Below, in pieces: positions 18,001 to 26,187 of a stretch of DNA of 38,890 nucleotides. The stretch lies in the sequence record NC_047766.1, one strand, 5' to 3'. The notes beneath the pieces were generated by a model. It ran no database searches. It saw only the letters and a list, made by a program, of their open reading frames with translations, and was not told where the DNA came from. Position 1 is the first letter of the stretch, and each line of letters starts with the position of its first letter. A program made the position numbers and the translations under genes. The stretch comes from Escherichia phage ECA2.

Positions 18001-18045
18001 AGACTCAAGGTCGCACTGTATGTGTGGCCTTTATGATTATCACTT
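18001..18045 (+). ncRNA. RNase III-type processing hairpin
   Basis: AGACTCAAGGTCGCACTGTATGTGTGGCCTTTATGATTATCAC. Confidence 0.65.
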
Positions 18046-18067
18046 TTGACTATGAAGGAATCACACC

Positions 18068-18352
18068 ATGCGCTTAAATAAAGACACAGCGGTAGCTATG
18101 TGGTCAGCAATCGAATCCAGAGCCGCACACAACGTGGGAGGGATTGCTGATGTTGCACGGGCTTATGAGGAGAAAGGCCTAACATTCCGTAGATTTATGT
18201 GGGACTGTTACCATGCAGTAGGCTTTAAAGAGACGACCAGAATAATCACTGAGCACAACACAGTTACGTTAATAGGTGGGCATCTAACTGACGTGGCTGA
18301 TGCACATATCGAAACAATACTCAAGGTTGCACTTAAAGATTTGAAATACTAG
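18068..18352 (+). CDS. Hypothetical early protein (94 aa)
   Basis: ORF with ATG and weak RBS, bracketed by two RNase III-type hairpins; no recognisable motif. Confidence 0.6.
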   Translation: MRLNKDTAVAMWSAIESRAAHNVGGIADVARAYEEKGLTFRRFMWDCYHAVGFKETTRIITEHNTVTLIGGHLTDVADAHIETILKVALKDLKY

Positions 18353-18354
18353 TG

Positions 18355-18398
18355 TTAAACTAAAGGTCGCACTATGAGTGAGGCCTTTATGATTAACA
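18355..18398 (+). ncRNA. RNase III-type processing hairpin (second copy)
   Basis: AAACTAAAGGTCGCACTATGAGTGAGGCCTTTATGATTAACA, closely similar to the site at 18001. Confidence 0.6.
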
Positions 18399-18415
18399 TT
18401 ACAGGAGAGCATGAT

Positions 18416-18496
18416 ATGTTCGAGAAGGTTGTGAACTGGTCTATCGGGCCGATTATCATCTTAATCATTATGAACAACTTAGGGTATTTCTCATGA
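18416..18496 (+). CDS. Small hydrophobic peptide (26 aa), hypothetical
   Basis: MFEKVVNWSIGPIIILIIMNNLGYFS; RBS GGAGAG; stop overlaps the next ATG. Confidence 0.35.
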   Translation: MFEKVVNWSIGPIIILIIMNNLGYFS

Positions 18497-18690
18497 TGGC
18501 AGCACTAATCGCACTGGTCTATCTGTGCATCGCAATGTACTTTATGCGAGACTTTAAGCGCGGTCTGGCAATACACAAGGCAACGCTGAGTTACTTTAAG
18601 TGGGGATTCATCCCACGGTTTACGGTTCGTGAACGTAACGGACGTTTTAAAGCCAATAAAGTTGGCATCTTCCACATCGCAACGCACTAA
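18493..18690 (+). CDS. Hypothetical early membrane protein (65 aa)
   Basis: N-terminal hydrophobic segment (MMAALIALVYLCIAMYF); position between 0.4 and 0.7. Confidence 0.5.
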   Translation: MMAALIALVYLCIAMYFMRDFKRGLAIHKATLSYFKWGFIPRFTVRERNGRFKANKVGIFHIATH

Positions 18691-18711
18691 TTAACATAAG
18701 GACACATTGAA

Positions 18712-19821
18712 ATGACTTTCACCGAAGCACAAGCAGCACTCGAAGCTATCCGCAACCTACCGATTGAGCGCCTGAACGAACGCCAGACTACGCTGGTGAC
18801 TCTTGCGGCTGCTATCGTGAACGCTGAGACTCAAGACGGCGAACTGACGCAGGCAGCAGGAAACACGTCGCTAGAAGATATGGACTACTGGCAGACACTG
18901 GCGGAGCGCATGAGGGATGTTGGTTTCATCAAGCTAGGAAATGGTCACTTTAGCGCAGCGTATGAGCACGCATTGTTGCCGGGCAAGGTTATCAAGGTAG
19001 GCTTTAAGAAAGAGGACTCAGGCGCAGCCTATGCAGCCTTCTGCCGCATGAACCAAGGCCGGGAAGGTATCCCTACGGTGTACGACATTCAGCGTCATGC
19101 TGGTTGTTACACGGTGGTTCTTGATTATCTGAATCCGCTTAACTACTGGTGCGATGGTGAGAGTGACAAGGTTCGTCACCACGTCAAGGCCGCACGGGAA
19201 ATCATTGAGGAGGATTGCTTTGATGCTGCCGAAGAGTACCCGATAAGCGAGGGCTTTATTGAGACCTGCAAGGACATTCGCAAGTTCTTCTTAGGCATCG
19301 CATCGTTCGAGTGTCACAGCGGGAACATGATGAAAGACCAGATGGGACGCCTGATTATCACAGACCCGGTATCATTCAGCGCAGACGACAAGTTAAAGCC
19401 GGGTGAGTTCCACTGCGACCCTGATGAACTCATCGCTGAGATTGAGGCGCTGAGAGCGCAGGAAGCGATTGACCGCTGTAAGGCACGTAAGGCACGCCGT
19501 GACCCTAAAGGAGACTTTCAAGTAGCGCGTAAAGCACGCATCAAGTGGCGCAGAAAGGCCTCTAAGCGTGCGAAGCGCAACGCTAAGTTACTCGCTAGGA
19601 TGCGCATGGACGACAATCAGAATCGCAGGGATGAGCATAGGGCGCGTATGGTGTTGGGCGATAAGCACTGGCGCAACGCTTGGATGCACCACAATAACCT
19701 AAACTTTGCAGAACTGGAGCGCCGCGCTGCTGCGGCAATGATGATGCACGACGAGGTGCGCATTCAGTGGGGCAAACCGTTACACATAGACGCATACCTT
19801 GACAAGCGTCTACAAGGCTGA
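18712..19821 (+). CDS. 0.7: Protein kinase / host shutoff protein (gp0.7)
   Basis: 369 aa; motifs GNGHFSAAYEH, VIKVGFKKEDSGAAYAAFCRM, RHAGCYTVVLD, basic C-terminal half; matches recalled T7 gp0.7. Confidence 0.93.
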   Translation: MTFTEAQAALEAIRNLPIERLNERQTTLVTLAAAIVNAETQDGELTQAAGNTSLEDMDYWQTLAERMRDVGFIKLGNGHFSAAYEHALLPGKVIKVGFKKEDSGAAYAAFCRMNQGREGIPTVYDIQRHAGCYTVVLDYLNPLNYWCDGESDKVRHHVKAAREIIEEDCFDAAEEYPISEGFIETCKDIRKFFLGIASFECHSGNMMKDQMGRLIITDPVSFSADDKLKPGEFHCDPDELIAEIEALRAQEAIDRCKARKARRDPKGDFQVARKARIKWRRKASKRAKRNAKLLARMRMDDNQNRRDEHRARMVLGDKHWRNAWMHHNNLNFAELERRAAAAMMMHDEVRIQWGKPLHIDAYLDKRLQG

Positions 19822-19880
19822 TAGAGTCTTATCTCACAGGTCATCAATCGGTGGCCTGAATAGGTACGATTTATTCACAA
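19822..19880 (+). ncRNA. Possible RNase III site (R1-like) upstream of gene 1
   Basis: CAGGTCATCAATCGGTGGCCTGAATAGG hairpin-capable sequence in the 0.7-1 intergenic region. Confidence 0.4.
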
Positions 19881-19891
19881 TGAGGTAAGCA

Positions 19892-22546
19892 ATGAACATC
19901 ATCGAAAACATCGAAAAGAATGACTTCTCCGAAATCGAACTGGCTGCTATCCCGTTCAACACACTGGCAGACCACTACGGCAGCGCATTGGCTCGTGAAC
20001 AACTGACTTTAGAGCATGAGTCTTATGAGCTAGGCGAGCGCCGCTTCCTCAAGATGCTTGAGCGTCAAGCAAAAGCTGGTGAGATTGCAGACAACGCAGC
20101 CGCTAAGCCATTACTCGCTACGCTTCTCCCTAAGTTAACCACACGTATCGTCGAGTGGCTCGAAGGGTACGCATCGAAGAAAGGCCGCAAGCCTAGCGCA
20201 TACGCACCGCTCCAGTTACTCAAGCCGGAAGCCTCCGCGTTTATCACCCTGAAAGTTATCCTTGCGTCACTGACCAGCACGAACATGACAACCATTCAGG
20301 CCGCTGCTGGTATGCTGGGGAAGGCCATTGAGGATGAGGCACGTTTCGGGCGCATCCGTGACCTCGAAGCGAAGCACTTCAAGAAGCACGTTGAGGAACA
20401 GCTTAACAAGCGCCACGGGCAAGTCTACAAGAAAGCCTTTATGCAGGTGGTAGAGGCCGATATGATTGGTCGAGGCCTGCTTGGAGGTGAGGCGTGGTCT
20501 AGCTGGGACAAGGAAACAACGATGCACGTAGGGATTCGCCTGATTGAAATGCTGATTGAATCCACGGGTCTGGTGGAATTACAGCGCCACAACGCAGGCA
20601 ACGCAGGCTCTGACCATGAGGCACTGCAACTGGCCCAAGAGTACGTCGATGTGCTAGCGAAGCGTGCAGGAGCACTGGCGGGTATCTCTCCGATGTTCCA
20701 GCCGTGTGTCGTACCGCCGAAACCTTGGGTAGCAATCACAGGTGGCGGCTATTGGGCTAACGGTCGCAGACCTTTGGCACTCGTTCGCACTCACTCTAAG
20801 AAGGGCTTGATGCGCTATGAGGATGTTTACATGCCAGAAGTTTACAAGGCGGTCAACATCGCACAGAACACCGCATGGAAAATCAACAAGAAAGTTCTTG
20901 CGGTTGTCAATGAGATTGTGAACTGGAAGAACTGCCCGGTCGCAGACATTCCATCTCTGGAGCGCCAAGAGTTACCGCCTAAGCCGGACGACATTGACAC
21001 CAACGAGGCAGCACTCAAGGAGTGGAAGAAAGCCGCCGCTGGTATCTACCGCTTGGACAAGGCACGAGTGTCTCGCCGTATCAGCTTAGAGTTCATGCTG
21101 GAGCAGGCAAACAAGTTTGCAAACAAGAAAGCAATCTGGTTCCCTTACAACATGGACTGGCGCGGTCGTGTGTACGCTGTGCCGATGTTCAACCCACAAG
21201 GCAACGACATGACGAAAGGTCTGCTGACCCTCGCTAAAGGCAAGCCAATCGGTGAGGAAGGTTTCTACTGGCTGAAAATCCACGGTGCGAACTGTGCGGG
21301 TGTCGATAAGGTTCCTTTCCCTGAGCGCATCGCGTTCATTGAGAAGCACGTAGACGACATTCTGGCTTGCGCTAAAGACCCAATCAATAACACTTGGTGG
21401 GCCGAGCAGGATTCACCTTTCTGTTTCCTCGCGTTCTGCTTCGAGTATGCAGGCGTTGCGCACCACGGTCTGAGCTACAATTGCTCACTGCCGCTGGCGT
21501 TCGACGGGTCTTGCTCTGGTATCCAGCACTTCTCCGCGATGCTGCGCGATGAGGTAGGCGGTCGTGCGGTTAACCTGCTGCCAAGCGAAACCGTGCAGGA
21601 CATTTACGGCATCGTTGCACAGAAGGTGAACGAGATTCTCAAACAGGATGCAATCAACGGCACACCTAACGAGATGATTACCGTGACTGATAAGGACACC
21701 GGGGAAATCTCAGAGAAGCTCAAGCTGGGAACCTCAACGCTGGCGCAACAGTGGCTGGCATATGGTGTAACCCGTAGCGTAACTAAACGTTCGGTCATGA
21801 CGCTGGCTTACGGTTCCAAGGAGTTCGGCTTTCGTCAACAGGTATTGGACGACACCATTCAGCCTGCGATTGACAGCGGTAAGGGCTTGATGTTCACCCA
21901 ACCGAACCAAGCGGCTGGCTATATGGCTAAGCTGATTTGGGACGCGGTGAGCGTGACCGTAGTCGCAGCGGTTGAGGCGATGAACTGGCTCAAGTCTGCC
22001 GCTAAGCTGCTGGCTGCTGAGGTCAAGGACAAGAAGACCAAGGAGATTCTGCGTCACCGTTGCGCGGTTCACTGGACTACGCCGGACGGCTTCCCGGTAT
22101 GGCAGGAATACCGCAAGCCACTCCAGAAGCGTCTCGATATGATTTTCTTAGGGCAATTCCGTCTGCAACCGACGATTAATACCCTCAAGGATTCAGGCAT
22201 TGACGCACACAAGCAGGAGTCTGGCATCGCTCCTAACTTTGTTCACTCACAGGACGGTAGCCACCTCCGCATGACAGTCGTTTATGCTCACGAGAAGTAT
22301 GGCATTGAGTCCTTTGCGCTGATTCACGATAGCTTCGGGACTATCCCGGCAGACGCTGGCAAGCTGTTCAAGGCTGTGCGTGAAACGATGGTCATTACCT
22401 ACGAGAACAACGATGTGCTGGCAGACTTCTATGACCAGTTTGCAGACCAGTTGCACGAGACCCAACTGGACAAGATGCCTCCACTTCCGAAGAAAGGAAA
22501 CCTGAACCTGCAAGACATTCTCAAGTCTGACTTTGCCTTTGCATAA
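19892..22546 (+). CDS. 1: Single-subunit DNA-dependent RNA polymerase, T3-type
   Basis: 884 aa; N-terminus MNIIENIEKNDFSEIELAAIPFNTLADHYG and overall sequence match recalled T3 RNAP; promoters in the genome are T3-type. Confidence 0.97.
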   Translation: MNIIENIEKNDFSEIELAAIPFNTLADHYGSALAREQLTLEHESYELGERRFLKMLERQAKAGEIADNAAAKPLLATLLPKLTTRIVEWLEGYASKKGRKPSAYAPLQLLKPEASAFITLKVILASLTSTNMTTIQAAAGMLGKAIEDEARFGRIRDLEAKHFKKHVEEQLNKRHGQVYKKAFMQVVEADMIGRGLLGGEAWSSWDKETTMHVGIRLIEMLIESTGLVELQRHNAGNAGSDHEALQLAQEYVDVLAKRAGALAGISPMFQPCVVPPKPWVAITGGGYWANGRRPLALVRTHSKKGLMRYEDVYMPEVYKAVNIAQNTAWKINKKVLAVVNEIVNWKNCPVADIPSLERQELPPKPDDIDTNEAALKEWKKAAAGIYRLDKARVSRRISLEFMLEQANKFANKKAIWFPYNMDWRGRVYAVPMFNPQGNDMTKGLLTLAKGKPIGEEGFYWLKIHGANCAGVDKVPFPERIAFIEKHVDDILACAKDPINNTWWAEQDSPFCFLAFCFEYAGVAHHGLSYNCSLPLAFDGSCSGIQHFSAMLRDEVGGRAVNLLPSETVQDIYGIVAQKVNEILKQDAINGTPNEMITVTDKDTGEISEKLKLGTSTLAQQWLAYGVTRSVTKRSVMTLAYGSKEFGFRQQVLDDTIQPAIDSGKGLMFTQPNQAAGYMAKLIWDAVSVTVVAAVEAMNWLKSAAKLLAAEVKDKKTKEILRHRCAVHWTTPDGFPVWQEYRKPLQKRLDMIFLGQFRLQPTINTLKDSGIDAHKQESGIAPNFVHSQDGSHLRMTVVYAHEKYGIESFALIHDSFGTIPADAGKLFKAVRETMVITYENNDVLADFYDQFADQLHETQLDKMPPLPKKGNLNLQDILKSDFAFA

Positions 22547-22557
22547 CAAGCACTTAG

Positions 22558-22581
22558 CATTAACCCTCACTAACGGGAGAC
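22558..22581 (+). promoter_or_regulatory. Phage RNAP promoter (phi1.05-like)
   Basis: CATTAACCCTCACTAACGGGAGAC. Confidence 0.85.
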
Positions 22582-22632
22582 TACTTAAGGTCTCCCACTT
22601 GAAGACACTTTAGGTACTAAGAGATTAAATTT

Positions 22633-22905
22633 ATGATTAACATTAAGACTTTCTTTAAGAGCATCTTTAAGTTAAACCGCTTGACTTCCGTTAAGTTCTA
22701 CGCTTGGATGCCCGGTAGTGATGACCTCCGCAAGACTGAATTTAAGCTAGGCTTAGGGCCATGTGGTAAGGTGGTCACGAAGTTGGAATGTTACTCAACG
22801 TCCTCCGGGATGGTCATCTTCCAGACCACTGAGGACAACGAAATGAAATCCTTCTACTACCCGAAAGGTTCAACGTGTGGTCGTATCGAACGGACATACA
22901 GTTAA
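22633..22905 (+). CDS. Hypothetical protein (90 aa) in the gene 1 / 1.1 intergenic (origin) region
   Basis: ORF downstream of a phage promoter; AT-rich 5' end; no recognisable motif; weak RBS. Confidence 0.45.
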   Translation: MINIKTFFKSIFKLNRLTSVKFYAWMPGSDDLRKTEFKLGLGPCGKVVTKLECYSTSSGMVIFQTTEDNEMKSFYYPKGSTCGRIERTYS

Positions 22906-22923
22906 CCATCACTAACGGGAGAG
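22900..22923 (+). promoter_or_regulatory. Phage RNAP promoter (phi1.1-like)
   Basis: AGTTAACCATCACTAACGGGAGAG. Confidence 0.75.
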
Positions 22924-22924
22924 T

Positions 22925-22968
22925 TAAACTTAAGGTCATCACCAACGGTGGCCTTTGTGATTAACTTT
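22925..22968 (+). ncRNA. RNase III site (R1.1-like)
   Basis: AAACTTAAGGTCATCACCAACGGTGGCCTTTGTGATTAAC. Confidence 0.65.
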
Positions 22969-22997
22969 CAATACACATCAACATGAGGTAAGATACT

Positions 22998-23138
22998 ATG
23001 CGTACCAACTTTGAGAAATTTACCAAGCGCGATTCAGTGGTCAACGAGCATGGCGAACAGTGGCAAGAGCGCCGTGACCGCATGAAGAAACGCCACAAGC
23101 AACAGCGCGGTAACTCACAGAAACGGGAGTGGAACTAA
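22998..23138 (+). CDS. 1.1: gp1.1 small basic protein
   Basis: 46 aa, MRTNFEKFTKRDS...; RBS GAGGTAAG; similar to recalled T7 gp1.1. Confidence 0.8.
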   Translation: MRTNFEKFTKRDSVVNEHGEQWQERRDRMKKRHKQQRGNSQKREWN

Positions 23139-23416
23139 TGATGATGGGACGTATCTATAGCGGCAACCTGAACGATTACAAAGACGCGGTAGCGCGTCTA
23201 CAGGAAGACCATGACGTGACCGTGAAGGTGGAGTCATTCAGCTATGAAAACCCAGCGAAGATGTGCAGGTCATCCGGTGAGGCTCTACGTGTGTTCACAC
23301 GCTCAGGGCATTTGGTGGCATCCAGAACCTTCGAGCACAGCGACAGCGATGTACAAATCAACGCGCAGACTGCATGGCTCCGTAAGGTTCACAGCGATTT
23401 GAAACACTGGAAGTAA
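23138..23416 (+). CDS. 1.2: gp1.2, inhibitor of host dGTP triphosphohydrolase
   Basis: MMMGRIYSGNLNDYK...DLKHWK matches recalled T7 gp1.2 termini; start among three tandem ATGs (23138/23141/23144) is uncertain. Confidence 0.85.
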   Translation: MMMGRIYSGNLNDYKDAVARLQEDHDVTVKVESFSYENPAKMCRSSGEALRVFTRSGHLVASRTFEHSDSDVQINAQTAWLRKVHSDLKHWK

Positions 23417-23437
23417 TAACCCTCACTAACAGGAGAA
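23414..23437 (+). promoter_or_regulatory. Phage RNAP promoter (phi1.3-like)
   Basis: TAATAACCCTCACTAACAGGAGAA. Confidence 0.8.
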
Positions 23438-23442
23438 ACGAC

Positions 23443-23859
23443 ATGAGAAACATCGAACGGTTCAACGCAAAGACTGAACCTTGCGGTGACTGTCTACGTT
23501 GGACTGGTCGAATCCAGCCTAACGGTTACGGACAGTTTCGCCTCGAAGGTAAAACACAATACGCACATCGAGCAGCTTACAAGCTGTTTATCGGTGAACT
23601 GGACAATAAAGATACAGTCCTTCACTCGTGCGACAACAGGTGGTGTGTGAACCCTGAGCATTTGACCAAGGGAACGCAGGCCGATAACCTGAAAGACATG
23701 GCGATAAAGGGTAGACACCACGCCATTAAGATTCCGAACGATGCCATTGAGGGCATCCGCAAAGACCCTCGCTCTTCCACTGTGATAGCGGCTGAGTGGG
23801 GCGTCCACCCAACAACCATCCATAAGATTAAGCGAAATATTAACAGGAGATTCGTATGA
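23443..23859 (+). CDS. HNH homing endonuclease (HNH_3-type) between promoter phi1.3 and the ligase gene
   Basis: 138 aa; motif AHRAAYKLFIGELDNKDTVLHSCDNRWCVNPEHLTKGTQADNLKDM; stop overlaps ligase start (ATGA). Confidence 0.8.
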   Translation: MRNIERFNAKTEPCGDCLRWTGRIQPNGYGQFRLEGKTQYAHRAAYKLFIGELDNKDTVLHSCDNRWCVNPEHLTKGTQADNLKDMAIKGRHHAIKIPNDAIEGIRKDPRSSTVIAAEWGVHPTTIHKIKRNINRRFV

Positions 23860-24872
23860 ACATTTTCAAGACCGCGCCATATAAAGCTGTATCCTTTGTT
23901 GAGTCTGCCGTGCGTAAAGCGCTGGAGACTTCCGGCTACCTGATAGCGGATTGTAAATATGACGGTGTTCGTGGAAACATTGTGGTTGACAACGTGGCTG
24001 AGGCCGCATGGTTGTCTCGCGTCTCCAAGTTCATCCCGGCGCTGGAACATCTGAACGGTTTCGATAAGCGCTGGCAACAACTGATGAATGATGACCGCTG
24101 CATTTTCCCTGATGGCTTCATGCTGGATGGTGAACTGATGGTCAAAGGCGTAGACTTCAACACGGGGTCTGGCCTGCTGCGTACCAAGTGGCTCAAGAAG
24201 AACAACTTCATGTTTGACCGTGGTGGTGTTGAGCCGCTGAAAGGTTCCAAAGTAGCCTTTGAGTTAGACCCTAAGCGCCTGAGTGTGCGCCTGTATGCGG
24301 TCATGCCGATTCACATTGCTGAGTCTGGCGAGGACTACGATGTGCAGAACCTCCTGATGCCATATCATGTGGAAGCCATGCGCTCTCTTCTGGTTGAATA
24401 CTTCCCGGAAATCGAGTGGCTTATCGCTGAGACCTACGAGGTCTACGATATGGATTCACTGACTGAACTGTACGAAGAGAAGCGTGCCGAAGGTCACGAG
24501 GGTCTCATTGTGAAAGACCCGCAAGGCATCTACAAGCGAGGCAAGAAGTCTGGCTGGTGGAAGCTAAAGCCTGAGTGTGAAGCTGATGGTATCATTCAGG
24601 GTGTCAATTGGGGAACCAAAGGGTTAGCCAACGAGGGTAAAGTGATAGGCTTTAGTGTGCTTCTTGAGACTGGTCGTTTAGTAGACGCCAACAACATCTC
24701 TCGCGCACTGATGGACGAGTTCACAGCCAACGTTAAAGCCCACGGTGAAGACTTCTACAACGGGTGGGCCTGTCAGGTCAACTATATGGAAGAGACCCCG
24801 GACGGCTCCCTGCGTCACCCTAGCTTCGAGAAGTTCCGAGGCACTGAGGACAACCCTCAAGAGAAAATGTAA
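23856..24872 (+). CDS. 1.3: ATP-dependent DNA ligase (gp1.3)
   Basis: 338 aa; adenylation motif KYDGVRG; strong match to recalled T7 ligase. Confidence 0.95.
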   Translation: MNIFKTAPYKAVSFVESAVRKALETSGYLIADCKYDGVRGNIVVDNVAEAAWLSRVSKFIPALEHLNGFDKRWQQLMNDDRCIFPDGFMLDGELMVKGVDFNTGSGLLRTKWLKKNNFMFDRGGVEPLKGSKVAFELDPKRLSVRLYAVMPIHIAESGEDYDVQNLLMPYHVEAMRSLLVEYFPEIEWLIAETYEVYDMDSLTELYEEKRAEGHEGLIVKDPQGIYKRGKKSGWWKLKPECEADGIIQGVNWGTKGLANEGKVIGFSVLLETGRLVDANNISRALMDEFTANVKAHGEDFYNGWACQVNYMEETPDGSLRHPSFEKFRGTEDNPQEKM

Positions 24873-24882
24873 CCAACTCAAT

Positions 24883-24915
24883 GGCTCACCTTCACGGGTG
24901 GGCCTTTCTTCGTTC
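24883..24915 (+). terminator. TE-like intrinsic terminator for host RNAP after the ligase gene
   Basis: GGCTCACCTTCACGGGTGGGCC hairpin followed by TTTCTTCGTT; same position as T7 TE. Confidence 0.8.
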
Positions 24916-24921
24916 AGCGGT

Positions 24922-24945
24922 ATTAACCCTCACTAACAGGAGACA
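24922..24945 (+). promoter_or_regulatory. Phage RNAP promoter (phi1.5-like)
   Basis: ATTAACCCTCACTAACAGGAGACA. Confidence 0.85.
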
Positions 24946-24951
24946 CACACC

Positions 24952-25029
24952 ATGTGGCTTATCCTATTCGCTATCGTCGCAACGCTGGGATTAATGGTTG
25001 CCGACGACAACATTTGGCCTGATTGTTAA
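24952..25029 (+). CDS. 1.5: gp1.5-like small hydrophobic peptide (25 aa)
   Basis: MWLILFAIVATLGLMVADDNIWPDC directly after the promoter. Confidence 0.5.
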   Translation: MWLILFAIVATLGLMVADDNIWPDC

Positions 25030-25041
25030 GGAGACAACATC

Positions 25042-25299
25042 ATGCGTTTACACTTCAACACATCAAATGGTATCTTTTCGGTTCGCCGTGAAGACCGCTC
25101 TACAGCAGTGGCCTCTGAGCGCAACGCTAAGCTGCCGCTGATTGGCTCGGTCGTCCCATTGTCGCCTCGTGTTCACCTACTGATCACTCGTGGAGAGTTC
25201 ATTAAGGCGATGAACAAAGAGCGCCCACATCTGGAAGCCGTGGTCACTTACTGGCCTCGCATCCGTCTGTTCGTTAAGTGGATTAAGGAGGTGCTGTAA
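25042..25299 (+). CDS. 1.6: gp1.6
   Basis: 85 aa; RBS AAGGAG; synteny. Confidence 0.8.
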   Translation: MRLHFNTSNGIFSVRREDRSTAVASERNAKLPLIGSVVPLSPRVHLLITRGEFIKAMNKERPHLEAVVTYWPRIRLFVKWIKEVL

Positions 25300-25778
25300 T
25301 GCTACAACATCATTGGAACAAACCAGACTTAGAGGCTCGCTTCCCGGTTAACTCTGCTGTTCGTTATTCGGGCGATAACCCAGTTCTCAAGGGTCTGACC
25401 GGAACAGTGCAGGGCTACTCTCACACTGGTCGAGTGAAGGTTCAGTTTGGTATTCGTGAGACTGAGGTGCATCCATCCGTACTAATCCCGCTACCTAAAA
25501 TAGGCCCGAACGTGGAAGCACCGAAATCAGCAGTCAAGTCTGACGTGACCCATCCGAACCACTACATGCTGTTCGACAATGTGGAAGCCATTGAGGTTAT
25601 CGCCCGGTCAATGACCGTCGAGGCGTTCCGTGGGTACTGCTTAGGGAACATCCTGAAATACCGTCTGCGTGCTGGTAAGAAATCCGAACTGGCAACAATG
25701 GAGAAAGACCTTAAGAAAGCGGCTTTCTATCAGGAACTGTTTGACAAACATAAGGGGCTGTGCTATGACGCTTCGTGA
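25299..25778 (+). CDS. 1.7: gp1.7 (nucleotide kinase family)
   Basis: 159 aa; C-terminal region (YMLFDNVEAIEVIARSMTVEAFRGYCLGNILKYRLRAGKK) matches recalled T7 gp1.7. Confidence 0.85.
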   Translation: MLQHHWNKPDLEARFPVNSAVRYSGDNPVLKGLTGTVQGYSHTGRVKVQFGIRETEVHPSVLIPLPKIGPNVEAPKSAVKSDVTHPNHYMLFDNVEAIEVIARSMTVEAFRGYCLGNILKYRLRAGKKSELATMEKDLKKAAFYQELFDKHKGLCYDAS

Positions 25779-25902
25779 ATGTTGCGATTGGTGTGCCGCT
25801 AAGTGGAACCAAGCTATTGAGGCTGGTGACGAGGCCGCAGCCAACGCCTACCAACAACTGTATGCGTTGTGGGAGCGGCGCTTTAAGGAGGCCAATAAAT
25901 GA
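25765..25902 (+). CDS. 1.8: gp1.8
   Basis: 45 aa from ATG 25765, overlapping the 1.7 end; synteny. Confidence 0.55.
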   Translation: MTLRECCDWCAAKWNQAIEAGDEAAANAYQQLYALWERRFKEANK

Positions 25903-26135
25903 GCCAGTGTAACAACGGGTGCCAGTACGCGAAGGACGTAGGGATGGAGAACCACTCCTGTGCAAATCGCTGCATGTACTCAGAACAGAAATACCTTCTG
26001 ACGATAGAAGGCAACACCGAGTCCTTTGAGGTTCCGGTATTCGCCCGGTCTCTCGAAGAGGCAACGCTACAGGCTGAACATTACGAGGACGCTGGGTTCG
26101 TAGTGACTCGCATCCGTCCAGAAGTGAAAGCCTAA
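25899..26135 (+). CDS. 2: gp2, inhibitor of host RNA polymerase
   Basis: 78 aa; C-terminal region [19 protein letters not shown]...[11 protein letters not shown] resembles recalled T7 gp2. Confidence 0.85.
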   Translation: MSQCNNGCQYAKDVGMENHSCANRCMYSEQKYLLTIEGNTESFEVPVFARSLEEATLQAEHYEDAGFVVTRIRPEVKA

Positions 26136-26157
26136 TTACCCTCACTAAAGGGAACAA
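26133..26157 (+). promoter_or_regulatory. Phage RNAP promoter phi2.5
   Basis: TAATTACCCTCACTAAAGGGAACAA. Confidence 0.85.
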
Positions 26158-26187
26158 CCCAATCATTAACCACAAAGGAGAAACATT

